Assembly: GCF_001194135.2 (NCBI RefSeq)
Contig: NC_068987.1
Location: 27,703,269-27,767,268, forward strand
Source of the DNA: Octopus bimaculoides
Lineage: Eukaryota
Direction of reading: 5' to 3'
DNA length: 64,000 nucleotides
Both the position numbers and the translations under genes were made by a program. Positions 48,591 through 62,663 of the stretch are shown here, one piece after another (positions within the stretch are counted from its first letter, which is position 1; every line of letters starts with the position of its first letter). The notes beneath the pieces were generated by a model, which was given only the letters and a program-made list of their open reading frames with translations, ran no database searches and had not been told where the DNA came from.

Positions 48591-51500
48591 TATATATATA
48601 TCCCTACATACACAGGCACACACATATATGTATATGAATTTACATATTTGTAACTTGACATAAAATCTGTACATAAAAGACTTCTCTTACGAACAATCTT
48701 ACAAGTATACATACATAGACGCTGCTAGATACAAACAAATCTTCTCATGTATGCATTACATATCGATAGGCACGTTTTGGTTGCAGGAAATAAACACTTA
48801 TATTAGATGGATAAAATAGATATTATTTGCAACGACGTGTACACACTCCCAAAAGCAACTATAATCTTGATGAGCAACAAACTCACTCACACACATAGTG
48901 CATATAAGTACAATCATAATGTATAGGTATATCATTGTTTTACTCTATTTCGGTGGAGGAAAAATCATTAAATTCATTATTGTTCCAAAATTTCGATGCA
49001 GTCAAAATTTTAATTAAGTGGAAATAATTTATGCATAACAGCAAGTGATTTTTAGACAATTAACGGCTTTTTTAGACAAGATATTTGAAGCTTGAATATG
49101 CTGATTTGCTCATTGCTACTCACATATCACTATATAACATGTATTATTATTCACTTGTATTTCTATGAGAAACTTGTAAACTAGTATTACAGGAAAATTA
49201 TATATTGACATATTAATAGAATTATACATCAAAGACAAAATGCTATTTAACGCGTTTTTGTTCTTTTTGGAGAATAGATTTTAATTTACTAAGCTAACAA
49301 GAATGTATTTTCAGTAGCTTTTTAGAGAATTTAGAATGAAAGAGTAAGAATAGTTTTGTGATACTAAGAGTAAGAATATTTCGTAATATCAAGGGTAAGG
49401 ATTCTTCTGTGATAAACGATAATAACCTTTTTCTAGCATGTTCTTGGAAACTAACCATATACATGGTAATTCTGTAACAAAGTTCTGAGGAACATTGATA
49501 GGACAAGATTATTTAACTGTATCATTTGAGATTTCAATAATATGCAAAATATGGTCAGCAAGGGAAGGCTTAGACGGATTATCTTTGCCTTAAAGTAGAG
49601 CTCTAATTGTAGAGTAAATTGCTGTAAGTCAACCGATCATGCAATGGATCAGGCTATTGGATGCTGTCTACAATGTATATATTTATGAGTTTATTGTTTC
49701 TTAACTAAGGTGGATGAGTAAGTAGGATTTGGGTACACAATCTCTGCAAAATCGATTTTACCTTTTATAATTCTACGAGCATTAAATGATTACCAGATAA
49801 GCGCATATCGAACTATAGTCTAAATTTTAAAAACTGTGGCAATATTTTCTTAAAATAGTTGAGCAACATGCTGGGTTAAAGTCAATACACTTACAGTACT
49901 CGTGAGATATCACGGTGTTTTCTGAGAAAATATAGAAAGATGATAATGATTTGCATATCTCTGCAAAGTTAAGTAAATTATTCTAGGTCAAGGTATTTGA
50001 AATCATTTGATCTAATATTTATAAGGTCACAAGTACTTTTTAGAAAGTATCCAATAATTCTCAGTCAGCTTCTATTGGCTAACCATCATCTTTTAATATA
50101 CGGCCATACAGTTTACTTTTACATATTTTCTCGTAAGAAACTATTCATATTAATAAAAACGTAGCCAGTAAAAATCACAATATATTAAATTTAGTCTGCA
50201 ACAGAAAATAACGTCATGTTTTGGTTTTGGTGATGAGCTGATTCCTAAAACTGATAGAGCCATGTAAACTGATTTATTAGTAAGAGGCCATGCACTTACA
50301 TTAAAAGTTATAGAAAGATCTGAGGGCTATATTACTTGCCACNNNNNNNNNNTTGTAAACACGTTTATAGAGCGTGCTTATCGATGTAAACATTGGCAGA
50401 AATATACCTTTCATATACTAGTTAATATAAGTGATTTCTACCAATCTAGATATATCTCTTTCCATGCCTTTTAAACTTTTATTTTAATTCACATATCACT
50501 CTATATTTTTCCTTTATTAGTTTTTTGCTTATTTCTTTCATTTACTCCTTCTCTTTATATAGGCTACCTTTGACGTTATATCTACTAATGGATTTAAAAA
50601 AAAACTTAATAGCGTTCCCTTAATCATTATATAAATTCATCCCATTCTGTTAAAATGACTTATTGATGTGTTTGGTTATTTTATTTCCCTGATGAGAAGA
50701 TTACATTGTTTTACACCATTTTATTTCTTTTGGAATAATACCAATGTTGTCTTAGAAACATTTGTCGGATGTAAAAGAATTTGAATAACACCTGCGTTTA
50801 ACTCCATTTATTTATTCTTATATATTATACAAAATACTTCACATCAACCCGGAGTTTCTACCTTTACAAACAGCGAGTTGCATTCTTATTACTCGCGTGA
50901 TTTTTTCCTGCCCTGGTAACTGTTTATTTATTTTTTCGGTGTTAGATTGGCACACAGACAGATACATAACAAAAATAAAAAATTAATGCCCTTCTATCTC
51001 TTCATCTCAACCATACCCTCTATTTCTCTCTCCTTCTCTATCTTTGCGTGTGTATACATACATACATATATATATAAATATATATATATATNNNNNNNNN
51101 NNNNNNNNNNNNNNNNNNNNNNNNNNNNNNNNNNNNNNNNNNNNNNNNNNNNNNNNNNNNNNNNNNNNNNNNNNNNNNNNNNNNNNNNNNNNNNNNNNNN
51201 NNNNNNNNNNNNNNNNNNNNNNNNNNNNNNNNNNNNNNNNNNNNNNNNNNNNNNNNNNNNNNNNNNNNNNNNNNNNNNNNNNNNNNNNNNNNNNNNNNNN
51301 NNNNNNNNNNNNNNNNNNNNNNNNNNNNNNNNNNNNNNNNNNNNNNNNNNNNNNNNNNNNNNNNNNNNNNNNNNNNNNNNNNNNNNNNNNNNNNNNNNNN
51401 NNNNNNNNNNNNNNNNNNNNNNNNNNNNNNNNNNNNNNNNNNNNNNNNNNNNNNNNNNNNNNNNNNNNNNNNNNNNNNNNNNNNNNNNNNNNNNNNNNNN

Positions 51501-52409
51501 NNNNNNNNNNNNNNNNNNNNNNNNNNNNNNNNNNNNNNNNNNNNNNNNNNNNNNNNNNNNNNNNNNNNNNNNNNNNNNNNNNNNNNNNNNNNNNNNNNNN
51601 NNNNNNNNNNNNNNNNNNNNNNNNNNNNNNNNNNNNNNNNNNTATATATATATATATATATATACATACACACAAAGAGAGAGTGATTCAGATAAAGAGA
51701 TACATGGGTACGCAGACAGATACATAAAAAATAGACTGAGAGAGGGATGTAGATATATATATATATATATATATAGATAGATAGATAGATATCACCCATA
51801 GCATAAGCAGTTGGCCGAAAGTGTCATCACACTATTATCTGCTGATGAAACATTCTGTTCTAGCTAGGACACTGAATAATGGGATTTGTCGGAAGGATAA
51901 CTCCAAGGACAAATAAATAAGAATTTACACTATAGCAAAAGACGTAGCCACTCATAATTTAAAAAGGGGTATTGGTGGAATGTCCCAGAGAAAGCCTCAA
52001 TAAAATATAAACATAATAGACCTGACATAGTAATTTGGGATGGAGAAATTACTGTACAGTTATGAATATCGGTTGCTTAGCGGATGTTAACATAATACTA
52101 AGGATCAGTGATAAACAAATACCTACGCTGAACTATTCAGAAATTTGTAGTTACTCTATCCAGATTATAAGTTCGTGTGCATACCTGTACTTATCAAGGT
52201 ACTGCCTAAATACTAATCTTGAGAAATTAGGCTTCTCAAAGTAGAAAGTAGAAAGCTGATTCGAAGACTACTGATCCAAGCCATCACTAGAACTGTAAAA
52301 GTCTGTTAAACGTTCTAAAGTTTATCATTTAAGTATATATGAGCATGTCTAGACATGCAACTAAATACATGCATAAAAGAAAGCATATACATTTGTACAT
52401 ATACATAAT

Positions 52410-53812
52410 ACCCTGTTGATGTTAAAATTCCAATGAAGGAGCCTTGGATTTAGGATAGAAACCGGCTTTCTCTATTGGTAAGAAATCTTGAAATCAGTGA
52501 GTGGCTTTACTAAATTACTTAAGTTGAGTGATGTTTGGTTTAAGTGTCACGGTTTGTTGAACATGTCAAGAGACCTGTATTTTGATCCTGGCCAAAGCAG
52601 TAATTGTTTGGATATTTTTAGAAGTGTTGTAAATATTTTCCAGATGATTACATTTCAGTTACCTTCATCACCATTATCATTTTTTTATAGTTGTCGCTGT
52701 TGTTAATGTTGTTGCTTGTTTTTTTTTTGTGTGTTGGTGGTGGTAGTGGTGATAGGACTAGTTGTGGTAATAGAACTTTAAAACCAAAATACGAATAGTT
52801 TTACCGATTTCTCTTGATTTAGATAGTATTTCCTGCTATCGTTATCATGAGCATCTTTAGTACTGTTGTTGTTGTTAGTGGTAGTGGTAGTAGCAGTAGA
52901 AATAGTACCTCTAAGTATTTGTATTATTATTTATTTAACTTGGGTTGGAATTTATTAATAAAGTTCTTATCTCTAAAAACTTAGCAACAAAGATCAATCA
53001 TTCGCTGAATCTAAATGCAATGATAGCCGATGTGGCACATTCAAATTCATATATACCGGCCGATATATGAACACAAATATCGGAAAAATATTCACAAATG
53101 CAAATATGAACTGCAAAAGCAGAAATCTAATTTACTGCATCAAATGCCCGAATTGTGAAGAACAATATGTGGGTCAGACTACAAATGCACTATCAGAACG
53201 TTCACGTGTGCACCGACAGCAAATTAGAGACCCAGATGTCCGTCAGATATCTTTGAGTAACTATCTAGCAACATGCGGTCGGAAAATATTTATATTTCCA
53301 TTCTATAGACTACACAGTCGTAGTGAAATCGAGAGAAAAATCAGACAAAAGAACTTTATTAATAAATTCCAACCCAAGCTAAATAAACAATAATGCTAAT
53401 ACTTAGGGGTAGTATTTCTACTACCACTACCACTACCATTAACAATAACAACAATGCTAAAGGTGCTCATGATAACGATAGCAGGAAAATACTAGCTAAG
53501 GCAAGAGAAAAGTCAGTAAAAATAATCTTATTTTGGGTTTAAAGTTCTATTGCCACAGCTACTCCTACCACAAAAACAACAACAACAACAACGACAACGA
53601 CAACAATAATAAAGGAGATGATAGTGGTGATGATGATAACTGAAATGTAAAAAATCAGTGGGAAATGTTGTTTACAACATTCCTAAAAATAGCCAAACAA
53701 TCGCTGCTTTAGCCAGAGTCAAAATACAGGTCTCTTGACATATTCATCAAAGCGTGACGCCTAAACCAAACACCAATCAACTTAAGTAATTTAGTAAAGC
53801 CACTCACTGATT
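52410..53812 (+). mobile_element. Penelope-like retroelement 3' fragment with inverted pseudo-LTR arms
   Basis: Arms 52492-52973 and 53343-53812 are inverted copies (e.g. ACTTAAGTAATTTAGTAAAGCCACTCACTGATT, AAAATACAGGTCTCTTGACAT, TTTATTAATAAATTCCAACCCAAG) enclosing a GIY-YIG reading frame. Confidence 0.88.
52977..53393 (+). pseudogene. Penelope-type GIY-YIG endonuclease domain, 5'-truncated and stop-free
   Basis: KCNDSRCGTF...MNCKSRNLIYCIKCPNCEEQYVGQTTNALSERSRVHRQQIR...FINKFQPKLNKQ*; the IY-x-I-x-C-x2-C-x3-YVGQT signature is typical of Penelope endonucleases. Confidence 0.88.
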
Positions 53813-54795
53813 GGTCAGAATACAGTTTGCAAAAATTAACATTCTGGAGCTTAAACAAATGTATTTAAGGCACAGAGTTTAGCCATCTCACTACAGTTGT
53901 AAATTGTAAACCATAACTGTTACCACTACTGCATCAACTTGAACATTGCATAGTTAAATGCATGAAAGTACTAGTTCAATCAGAATGGACTTTTAATATT
54001 CCATCATTTCATTATATTATATTATATTATTATAAAATTGTAAATAACGCGTGATAATACACACCCGTGTATATATATATATATATATGTCTATGTGCAT
54101 GTTTGACAGAGAGAGAGAGAGAGAGAGAGAGNNNNNNNNNNAGTTAGTCTTTCAACTGTTGCAGTGACATGTGGGATGCCCCTTCATCAAAGACAATATG
54201 AGAGAGTTAAATAGAGGGAAATAGTAGAGTTCAATATAAGACGTTATTATGGAATTGGAGAGATATAGGAGGTATAAAGGGAAATAAGAGAATAAAAATA
54301 AAAATAGAAAATATATATGTTGGATGTTACAGTTACAGCTCTGTTATCCAAGGAAAGTGGTGTGTAGAATGGATAGGAAGACTTCTTATCCATGGCATGT
54401 AAATTCCGATATGAGTTAATATTTTGTTATTGCAGATGGATAGTATGGAGACATTAATTCCATGTGCTGTTCTTTCAAAGGGGTCTTGTTGCGTAAATGA
54501 AATTCTGGGAAAGTACTCGTGTATATATATATATATATATATATATATNNNNNNNNNNNNNNNNNNNNNNNNNNNNNNNNNNNNNNNNNNNNNNNNNNNN
54601 NNNNNNNNNNNNNNNNNNNNNNNNNNNNNNNNNNNNNNNNNNNNNNNNNNNNNNNNNNNNNNNNNNNNNNNNNNNNNNNNNNNNNNNNNNNNNNNNNNNN
54701 NNNNNNNNNNNNNNNNNNNNNNNNNNNNNNNNNNNNNNNNNNNTATATATACATGTGTGTGTATGTATATGTATGTATGTATGCATATATATATA

Positions 54796-54839
<44 letters not shown>

Positions 54840-57790
54840 CATACTCATATATGTGTGTATGTGTATGCACACAGACTCACACACATACATAATACACAGA
54901 GAGAGAGAGAGAGAAATAAAGAGAATCATGTATAGATATTTTCTCTAGACACTATCAGAGCTTTATTGTTGGACGGACACACATTTGGTTTGTTTTCACA
55001 AAGACCAGTGCTTCCAGTCGTTTCGAGAAATATCATCTTGCTATTGTTTTACGTTAGTTTCGTTGAATGTTTGATTTTCTGATTTTGAATTTCATGTACA
55101 TAATCGAAATCTATTTCATAATCTCATAAAGTAAAGTGTCTCTTCTAGCATTAAGTTTGTCACGTTCCTACTTTACTCTTATTTTTCTCATACTTAATAT
55201 CAATCCATATCTCATTATATGACTACATGGAATAGGATTTGGAAGTAATAATTGCTTAATTTCCGTCAGGTTTAGATTTCCAATTTGAGTAATTTCCTTT
55301 TACTTTACCACTTTCTTTATTTTTATTTACACAATAGATCCTTTTACTTGAATTCTTTCTAAGTCTATTATTTATTTCATTTCAGAATATATATATCTTT
55401 TCTCATTTCCTTTCACTTATCTTTGATAAAATAGTTTTCTAGTGAAGCTGACACTTCTATATATACTTTCGAAGTTTTGCAAAAGTTAATATCAGCAAAT
55501 TTATTCCATTCCCTTCTCATACGTTTTACGCTAGTGCTCTATGACGATCGAATGATTTATTATCAACAGAGAATAAAATTTCATTTTCAAAACAGAATTT
55601 GCTGAAGCTTATAAATTTACCTAATAAACTGGAATGTTTGAAATTTCTTTTCAAAATAAAAATCACTTTTTCCCAGAAATGTCACTTTACTACCATTTGA
55701 CTATTGCATACAAACTATCGAATAAATAATTAATATGTTAAATACACAAATAGTTACTGACACATAGCTTTGGTAGTCATCTATTAAAATACATTAAATA
55801 CAAAATAAATATAACAATGCTTAATATACCTTTTTTAGCATATTCAAAGAAAAATCTTATATTATATCACTCCCACAATTAGCACTCAGAAAGTATTCTA
55901 CTGATATTTACTTGATTGGATGTACAAATATGGGCGTGTCTTGATGTGACTTGTTGGTAATTGAAGTGACAATTAGACTCAAATACCCATAGAATATCGA
56001 ATTTTCAACCTTTTCTTAGAATAAAAGCAGCACACATCAGCTTTGTGTAGCATTGTGGTTACATGCAACACATGCAACATATTGACATACATGCACTGTT
56101 TCTATATAAAGATAGATAAGTATTATATACAATTATACCTATATATATGCATACATACATATGTGTGTTGTGTGTATATGTGTGTTTGTATCAGTATGTG
56201 TATATCTATAATACATGCGCGTGTACAGGATTTGCTTTAGAGTTATGCGAAGACGTCAAATCGAGCTTTCAAAATGAAGCTATTTCTTTGATGAATATCT
56301 TTCGGATTGAAAATAAATACACGTGTAATTATTTTCCATGGTATGAAGTAAACCGGATAACTTACATTGTTCAGCGAAATAAAGGACACTGTTTGCAACA
56401 TCATAATTGAGTATCATCGATAAACATCAATAGACTTGTCAAAATAGAAAGTGAACCCAAATGCCCTTATTTCGCATGAGTCAAATATATATTTTTTTTA
56501 CTACCTTACTAAATCAAAAAGCGAATACTATTATAGCAACTTTTTTTATTTACTTTAAAACCGACAGTGTAGTTTAAACAGTGTCATAATCAAACGATAG
56601 ATATGTTGAATATATTACCTTTCAACATGTAGCAAAGTAATGTTACTGTCTCGTGATCATAATCTTATAACTACACTTGTTAAGAGACATCAGAAAAAGA
56701 ATGAAAACAAAAATATAGCTAAAGTATTAAAAAACAATGTTATTATTTTTACACATGATTGTACTGCTATTCATTGTATATCACCTCGTTACTTTGTGCA
56801 AACGCAATTCCATCACCAATTAGACCTCTATAGCTAGCTTTCACTCGCTTCATTAAAATTCGCCGACAATACATTGTTATTCCCTTCCAATGCAACTGTT
56901 TGCAGTTGTCAGTAGGACGTGTGCACATCTTACGTTAGTGAAAGAAAACAAATGAAGTTTCTCCTTCAATTTCCATTATCACATTTGAAAAACAAACTAA
57001 CAAAAAGCTATCAACAACTAAATTTTTGACGAGTGAATGATGAACTATAAATAAATCTTTACACAGACCTGTTTTCCTTTGTAGTTGCTTGTTAGGCAAT
57101 CAGACACAAAAGGTAGGCATCAAAGAATGTTCTACTGTTCAATTGTCGTCAATATACTAAATATTCTATATCTTTACTTCGAAATTTCTATTTACTATTT
57201 TGTGATTCTTTAGGTATACAAGGCTGTTAGCTGTTGCTTGAAATAATCACAAGATTAACCACTCACCATTTAATTCGTGGTGCTGAAAACAAAACTGTGG
57301 AATAGTGTATCTAGCAGCTAATTGTTCATTGATTAAAATGTGAAATAGAAATATTTGAGTTATTGCGTACGTAATTACAGAGTAATATGCTTTCTATACA
57401 ATGACATTTATAGGTCGGTTTTTATATTTGCTTAATCATTGCAGCTTATATTAATTAATTTCTTGTTAAATAGATATCGGCAGAATTCATAATTCTGTGA
57501 GTAATTTTGCACTTTTAATGCTAACGTTATCAACAACAACAACAGCGACAACAGCAGCAGCTACCACTGGTACCACATCTAGTGAAATGTTACCGCTACT
57601 GTAACATCAGTAGACCTACAACACTTCTGGGAGCGGGGTACTGTTCATGATATTTTTAGTGGGGGATATTTATTGTAACAGAAGTTTTAATTTGGAAGGC
57701 TCATGGGATATTGCTGATAGGTGAAAAACTGCAAGTGATTTCAAGCATACTCACACATACACTCAAACACACCTACACGTGTATATATAT

Positions 57791-57851
<61 letters not shown>

Positions 57852-57959
57852 ATTAATAATGATAATAATGATAATAAAATGACAACAAAAGAATGAGACT
57901 GCGATATACATATATATATATATTTACATACATTCATACATACCTACACACACGCGGCG

Positions 57960-57996
<37 letters not shown>

Positions 57997-59183
57997 GAAA
58001 TACATAATACATATTCTGCAAATATTCTACTTCCTAACTATACATATCCCAACTGTGCAATATCGTAAGACAATTTTTTATACATAAATTGGTTTTGACT
58101 CTTTACCGCTATTTGAATTTCTAAACCTAATGACACTAAACAAAGAGAAGAAACATGAAGACTTTTAGCAAGGAATTAGTGACAATATTCTTAAAATTCG
58201 CAGGCCATGCGAGACTAGTCAGGATTATGCTGCTGAGCTTCAGCTACACGAGCTGTATACACACGAATGCAGCAAAAGTCGATAGCGAGGAGGGAATTTC
58301 AAAGGCAAAATATTATTCTGAAGAACAGAAATAGCTACAATCTCTAGAGAAGTAATGCAATATGTGACGAGATATGTCGTTGTTGTTGAGTCAAGTGAAT
58401 CCAGTTGCAATCAAATGAGAAGTTGCAGGAAGTGACGAAACGATGCAACTATAGGTTAGGTATTGAAGTGTGATTGCGAGTTCACCAAATACTTGTCATT
58501 TCGATGGCTAAATGTAAATTAAAACAAAGATTTTATTATAACAGACGATCCTTTAAATATAGAACCAACTAGAAGTCCGTGATTTTACCTAATGAAACCT
58601 GGAAACCAAGACAACCGAAAAACACTTCTGTTTTAGATGTAGGACTTATGTACACTAGTGGATATCATCTGCATTTTGTTGAGTCAACAGTCGTTCTGGC
58701 TTTGAATTGAAGCACATCCTTCACAAATAGTTTCCGCTATTTCATAAATGTGAGATTGTCAGGAGAGATCATCATTCATATTAGGATCTTTTATTTGCAG
58801 AGCCTTGAGGTGTTTTAATTGCATTTAGACATAAATTACACACTGATTGATTTATTCATATCTGCAGTGCGGGTGTTGTTGAGCAGTTGAAATCCAATTT
58901 TGTCATGTAGCAAGTGGTGTTTAGTTAACTGTCCATGACCGTGATGGAGGCTAGATTACAGACTAAATATTATGGTTGCATACGTTCAATTAAGGAATGC
59001 CATCAAGAAATATACAAGTACAAGAATATGAACGACTTAACCAGGCTTTAGGAGACTTCAGAACTGACAAATAAGAAGTCAGAGAGAACTCTATCTGCTT
59101 ATGCTTCGATGATGTGATCTTACGAACATCTTCAGAACCAAGAGACACATAATGTCTAGAAGAAAATAAATTAATCGAAATGC

Positions 59184-60454
59184 ATTCGGTTGGCAACTGA
59201 AATCTCGCCGTCTTTTTAAATTTTGGAATTTATTACGATTTTAAATTTCGGAATCTATTTTTTTCGAGAATTGTATTTTTGAATCATTTTGGAATCTATT
59301 TTGGTTTTTCTAGCTAATTTTAGTTATTTTTTGTTTATTTTCAGATCATTAAAATGGAATGTCAAGTTAAGAAAAACGAGCATTTTTGACACCTTCTTTT
59401 TGCTTTAAATCAAAGTTCTGAGGCCGCAAAAGCTGCTCGCGACATTTGTGCTGTGTATGGAGAGGGCGCCATATCGGAAAGAACCGCTCGTGACTGGTAT
59501 GCCAAGTTCAAAACTGGATTTTTTTTTACCTCAAAGACGCACCTCGTTCTGACCGTCCAGTTGAGTTCGATGAAGGGCGATTAATCCAACTTTTGCACGA
59601 AAATTCTCGTCAGACGACAAGAGAACTAGCAGAGAAAATGGAATGCGCCCAAACTGCTATGAAGAAGATTCTTCACTCGATGAGCAAGGTTCAGAAGTAT
59701 GGAGCATGAGTTCCGCATGCTTTCAGTGACTACAGCAAAAAATCAACGAGCCACAATCCCAGCTGGGTTGCTTGCTCGTCACCGTTAAACTCATGGACAC
59801 AAACAATGATTTCTTTACCGAATCGTTACTGACGACGAAAAACGGTACCTGTATATTAATATGAAGCAGCGTATGGAATGGCTTAGCTCCTGTAAACAAG
59901 CGACACAGCGCGTGAAACAAGATCTTCATCCGCGTAAAACGATGTTGTGTGTATGGTGAGACTGAGAAAGGGATTATCCATCACGAATTGCTTGAACGGA
60001 ACCAACAGATGGAACGATTCAACATGGGTATTCAAGAGAAAAGATCTAATCAGCAGCATAGTTTTCTTCTGCTGTACGACAACGCCAGCACTCATATCAC
60101 CAATATGACCAAGGAAGCCATTCAAACTCATGGTTGGGAAGTGCTGCCACACCCGCCGTAGTCTCCTGATTTGGCACCAACGGATTTTCATCTCTTTCGA
60201 TCTCTTTCAAATGCCATGCGTGGAGTTTCGTTCAATACTGATGCAGAATTGAGAGTTTGGTTGGATCAATTTTTCGAGTCGAAATCGGGTGATTTCTATC
60301 AAAGAGGTATTGAAAATCTTTTTGGACTTTGGGAAGAAGCTGTAAACAACAAGGGTGAATACATTATTGATTAATTAGTTGTTATTTTTAGTAAACCTTT
60401 TAAAAAATTTAAATTTAAAAAAAAAACAGTGGAAACTTAGTTGCCAACCTAATA
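59184..60454 (+). mobile_element. Near full-length defective mariner (D,D34D) element
   Basis: TIRs ATTCGGTTGGCAACTGAAAT / GGAAACTTAGTTGCCAACCTAATA; ATG at 59354 (MECQVKKNEHF); RIVTDDEK; YDNAS and SPDLAPTDF separated by 34 codons; ends GEYIID*. Several stops and frameshifts. Confidence 0.95.
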
Positions 60455-61609
60455 TTAGTGAAGTCACAAAGAAATTCAATTCTAATGTAAAAAAAGAAGA
60501 AAAAAACTATATTATTACCTTGACTTCTTGAAACGAGAGATCACTGATGAATGTTATAAGCGATTAGCTAATCAGTAGATCTGGTTATTAGGAAAGTGTG
60601 CAGACAATCGCTGAGGAAGGAGATGCACTCAAGATACTGAAGAAAACGATTGTCAACAACGAAGTCCAAAATGTTTGATATAACTACACCAATAGATCGA
60701 TAGCTGATGTGGTCGCAGACTTCGCACTGCTTGAGATGAGATGTAATGCAGCATGCTTCGGTTTAAGTGATGGCGAGAAAAAAAAAATTATACATTGGCA
60801 ATAATGAAAGCTAGTCCCTGTGCGCTCTGTTAGAGGCAGAATCACGTTCAGAGGCCTCGGTGATTTGAATTAACGAGAACTATTTCCGAAGGAGTCGTAA
60901 AACTCGTGAAGGGAGATTTAGTGGAAGTTTGCCACGTGTGCAATATATAATATTTAATGCTTATAATTTAGAGACTGAATGTATGTTATGTATTTCCTTG
61001 CATTATAGGGACAGATTTAAAATATAATCAACGTAATAGAAGCGATAATATTACAAGTAAATAGATATTTTATTGATAATTTCTGAGCGCAAAATGGATT
61101 CAATTATGGGTTTGAGATCCTCGTTTTCTCTCCAATGCTTCAAGGAAATAGGATCGTCATGAAATTAAGATTATTACCGTAATAGTTGGTATGTAAAATA
61201 AAAAGTGCGATATTTCCTGAACCTGAAACATATTTGCCCAACCGAATTATGTTGCAAACACCAACGTATTGTTTCAGGAAACATTACTATCTTAAGTATA
61301 TGTCCTTTTTCGTTTTTGCTTCGTTTTCTTTTGTTGTTTTCAGGATTAAGTTTTAATAATAGGTGCATAAGTTCATATTCATGAAACGAAACGAAACGAA
61401 AGAAACTAAATATTTCTTGTCTACAAATTAGTTCGATAAGTCATGTGCATTATTCAGGAGAAGGCATGTACTATTTTATTTCATTGAGATAATAAGTTAG
61501 AACTTCCTTTTATAAAATACCAAAAATTATATAACAGACCCAATCTCATATATTGTACATGATACGAACTGAATACAAGTTAAATATTTATTACATCGCA
61601 AAAAGCATA

Positions 61610-62488
61610 TGTTGAGTCATCCCATAAATAATGCGGTTTTTTCAATTGCATGAACTAAAAGCCGGAGTGGGATGGGATAAACTATCTGCGTCGACTTGCT
61701 ATACAAACAGGTAGTACTTTTACCTTGTCCTTATTCTTAGTGCAAGTTTTGAAGAGTGCAGTTCGATGTTAACAGTTATTTTTTTCAAAGCTATAATGGA
61801 AGTGACAAAGGAAAATATTCGGCATATTTTTTTGCTTTATGCGAGGAATATTAATGCTGCATTTGGGGATCCACTTCATTTTCTACAATGCTTTTCCATC
61901 TGTCTAGTAGACGTGTAAGGCTGCTCTTCTAAAATTCACCTGTCCCTGACGAAAATTGCTCCTCCAGTATTTTTTCTGACCTCGTCTGCAAAATTCATAT
62001 TATTTCCGTCTAAATGATTTTGAAGACGGTAGAATAAATGATAATCAGGTGGGGCAATCTCCAGCAAATATGGTGGGTGGGGCATCCTTTCCCATTCAAA
62101 CTGGAATGTCATCCTCGCTGTATGTGGTCGAGCATTATCCTGAAGGAAGAACACCTTTCGTCTTGAAATCAAAGTTAGTCAATCTCCGATGGCAAGCAAG
62201 TGTCTATCAATGGTTGAATGACCAAACCCAAGCTTCTCTGCAACTTCCTCAACAATTACGATGAGTTTTGGTCCACCAGGTTTTGCAGGGCGTCCTAGCC
62301 GAGTTCTACAGATCTTCGAGGACGAGGCTCGTCTCCTAGGCCGTAGTTTCCAGCTAGGAATTTCTAGAACCACCGTTTACACTGGCTTACGCTTATTATA
62401 TTCAAGATTAAAGAAGAACTTTGTTTATCTTAATTTTGATACATAAGAGGTATTAAAAAAACCGCATTATTTATGGAATGATCCAATA
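61610..62488 (+). mobile_element. Non-autonomous mariner derivative with both TIRs and an inverted interior
   Basis: TIRs TGTTGAGTCATCCCATAAATAATGCGGTT / AACCGCATTATTTATGGAATGATCCAATA. MEVTKENIRHI starts at 61796 (+) and YIQD* lies near 62397-62411 (+), but the transposase sequence between them (QDNARPH, HPPYLLEIAPPDYHLF) is on the minus strand. Confidence 0.9.
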
Positions 62489-62621
62489 CATCCAAATATG
62501 ATTAAAATAACCGTCTGTGCATCATAATTAATGTATATTGAGCGTTAAAAATCAGGTTATTGCGCTGTTAGTTCAGAGATATGTCTTATGAACGTGGTGT
62601 ATATTTGGAAATACAATATAT

Positions 62622-62663
<42 letters not shown>

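Noticed and set aside
52430-52478. CCAATGA-stem-GAAAC hammerhead-like pattern at the end of the Penelope left arm
   Set aside because: Two essential core positions differ (CCAATGA vs CTGANGA) and it is antisense to the endonuclease frame.
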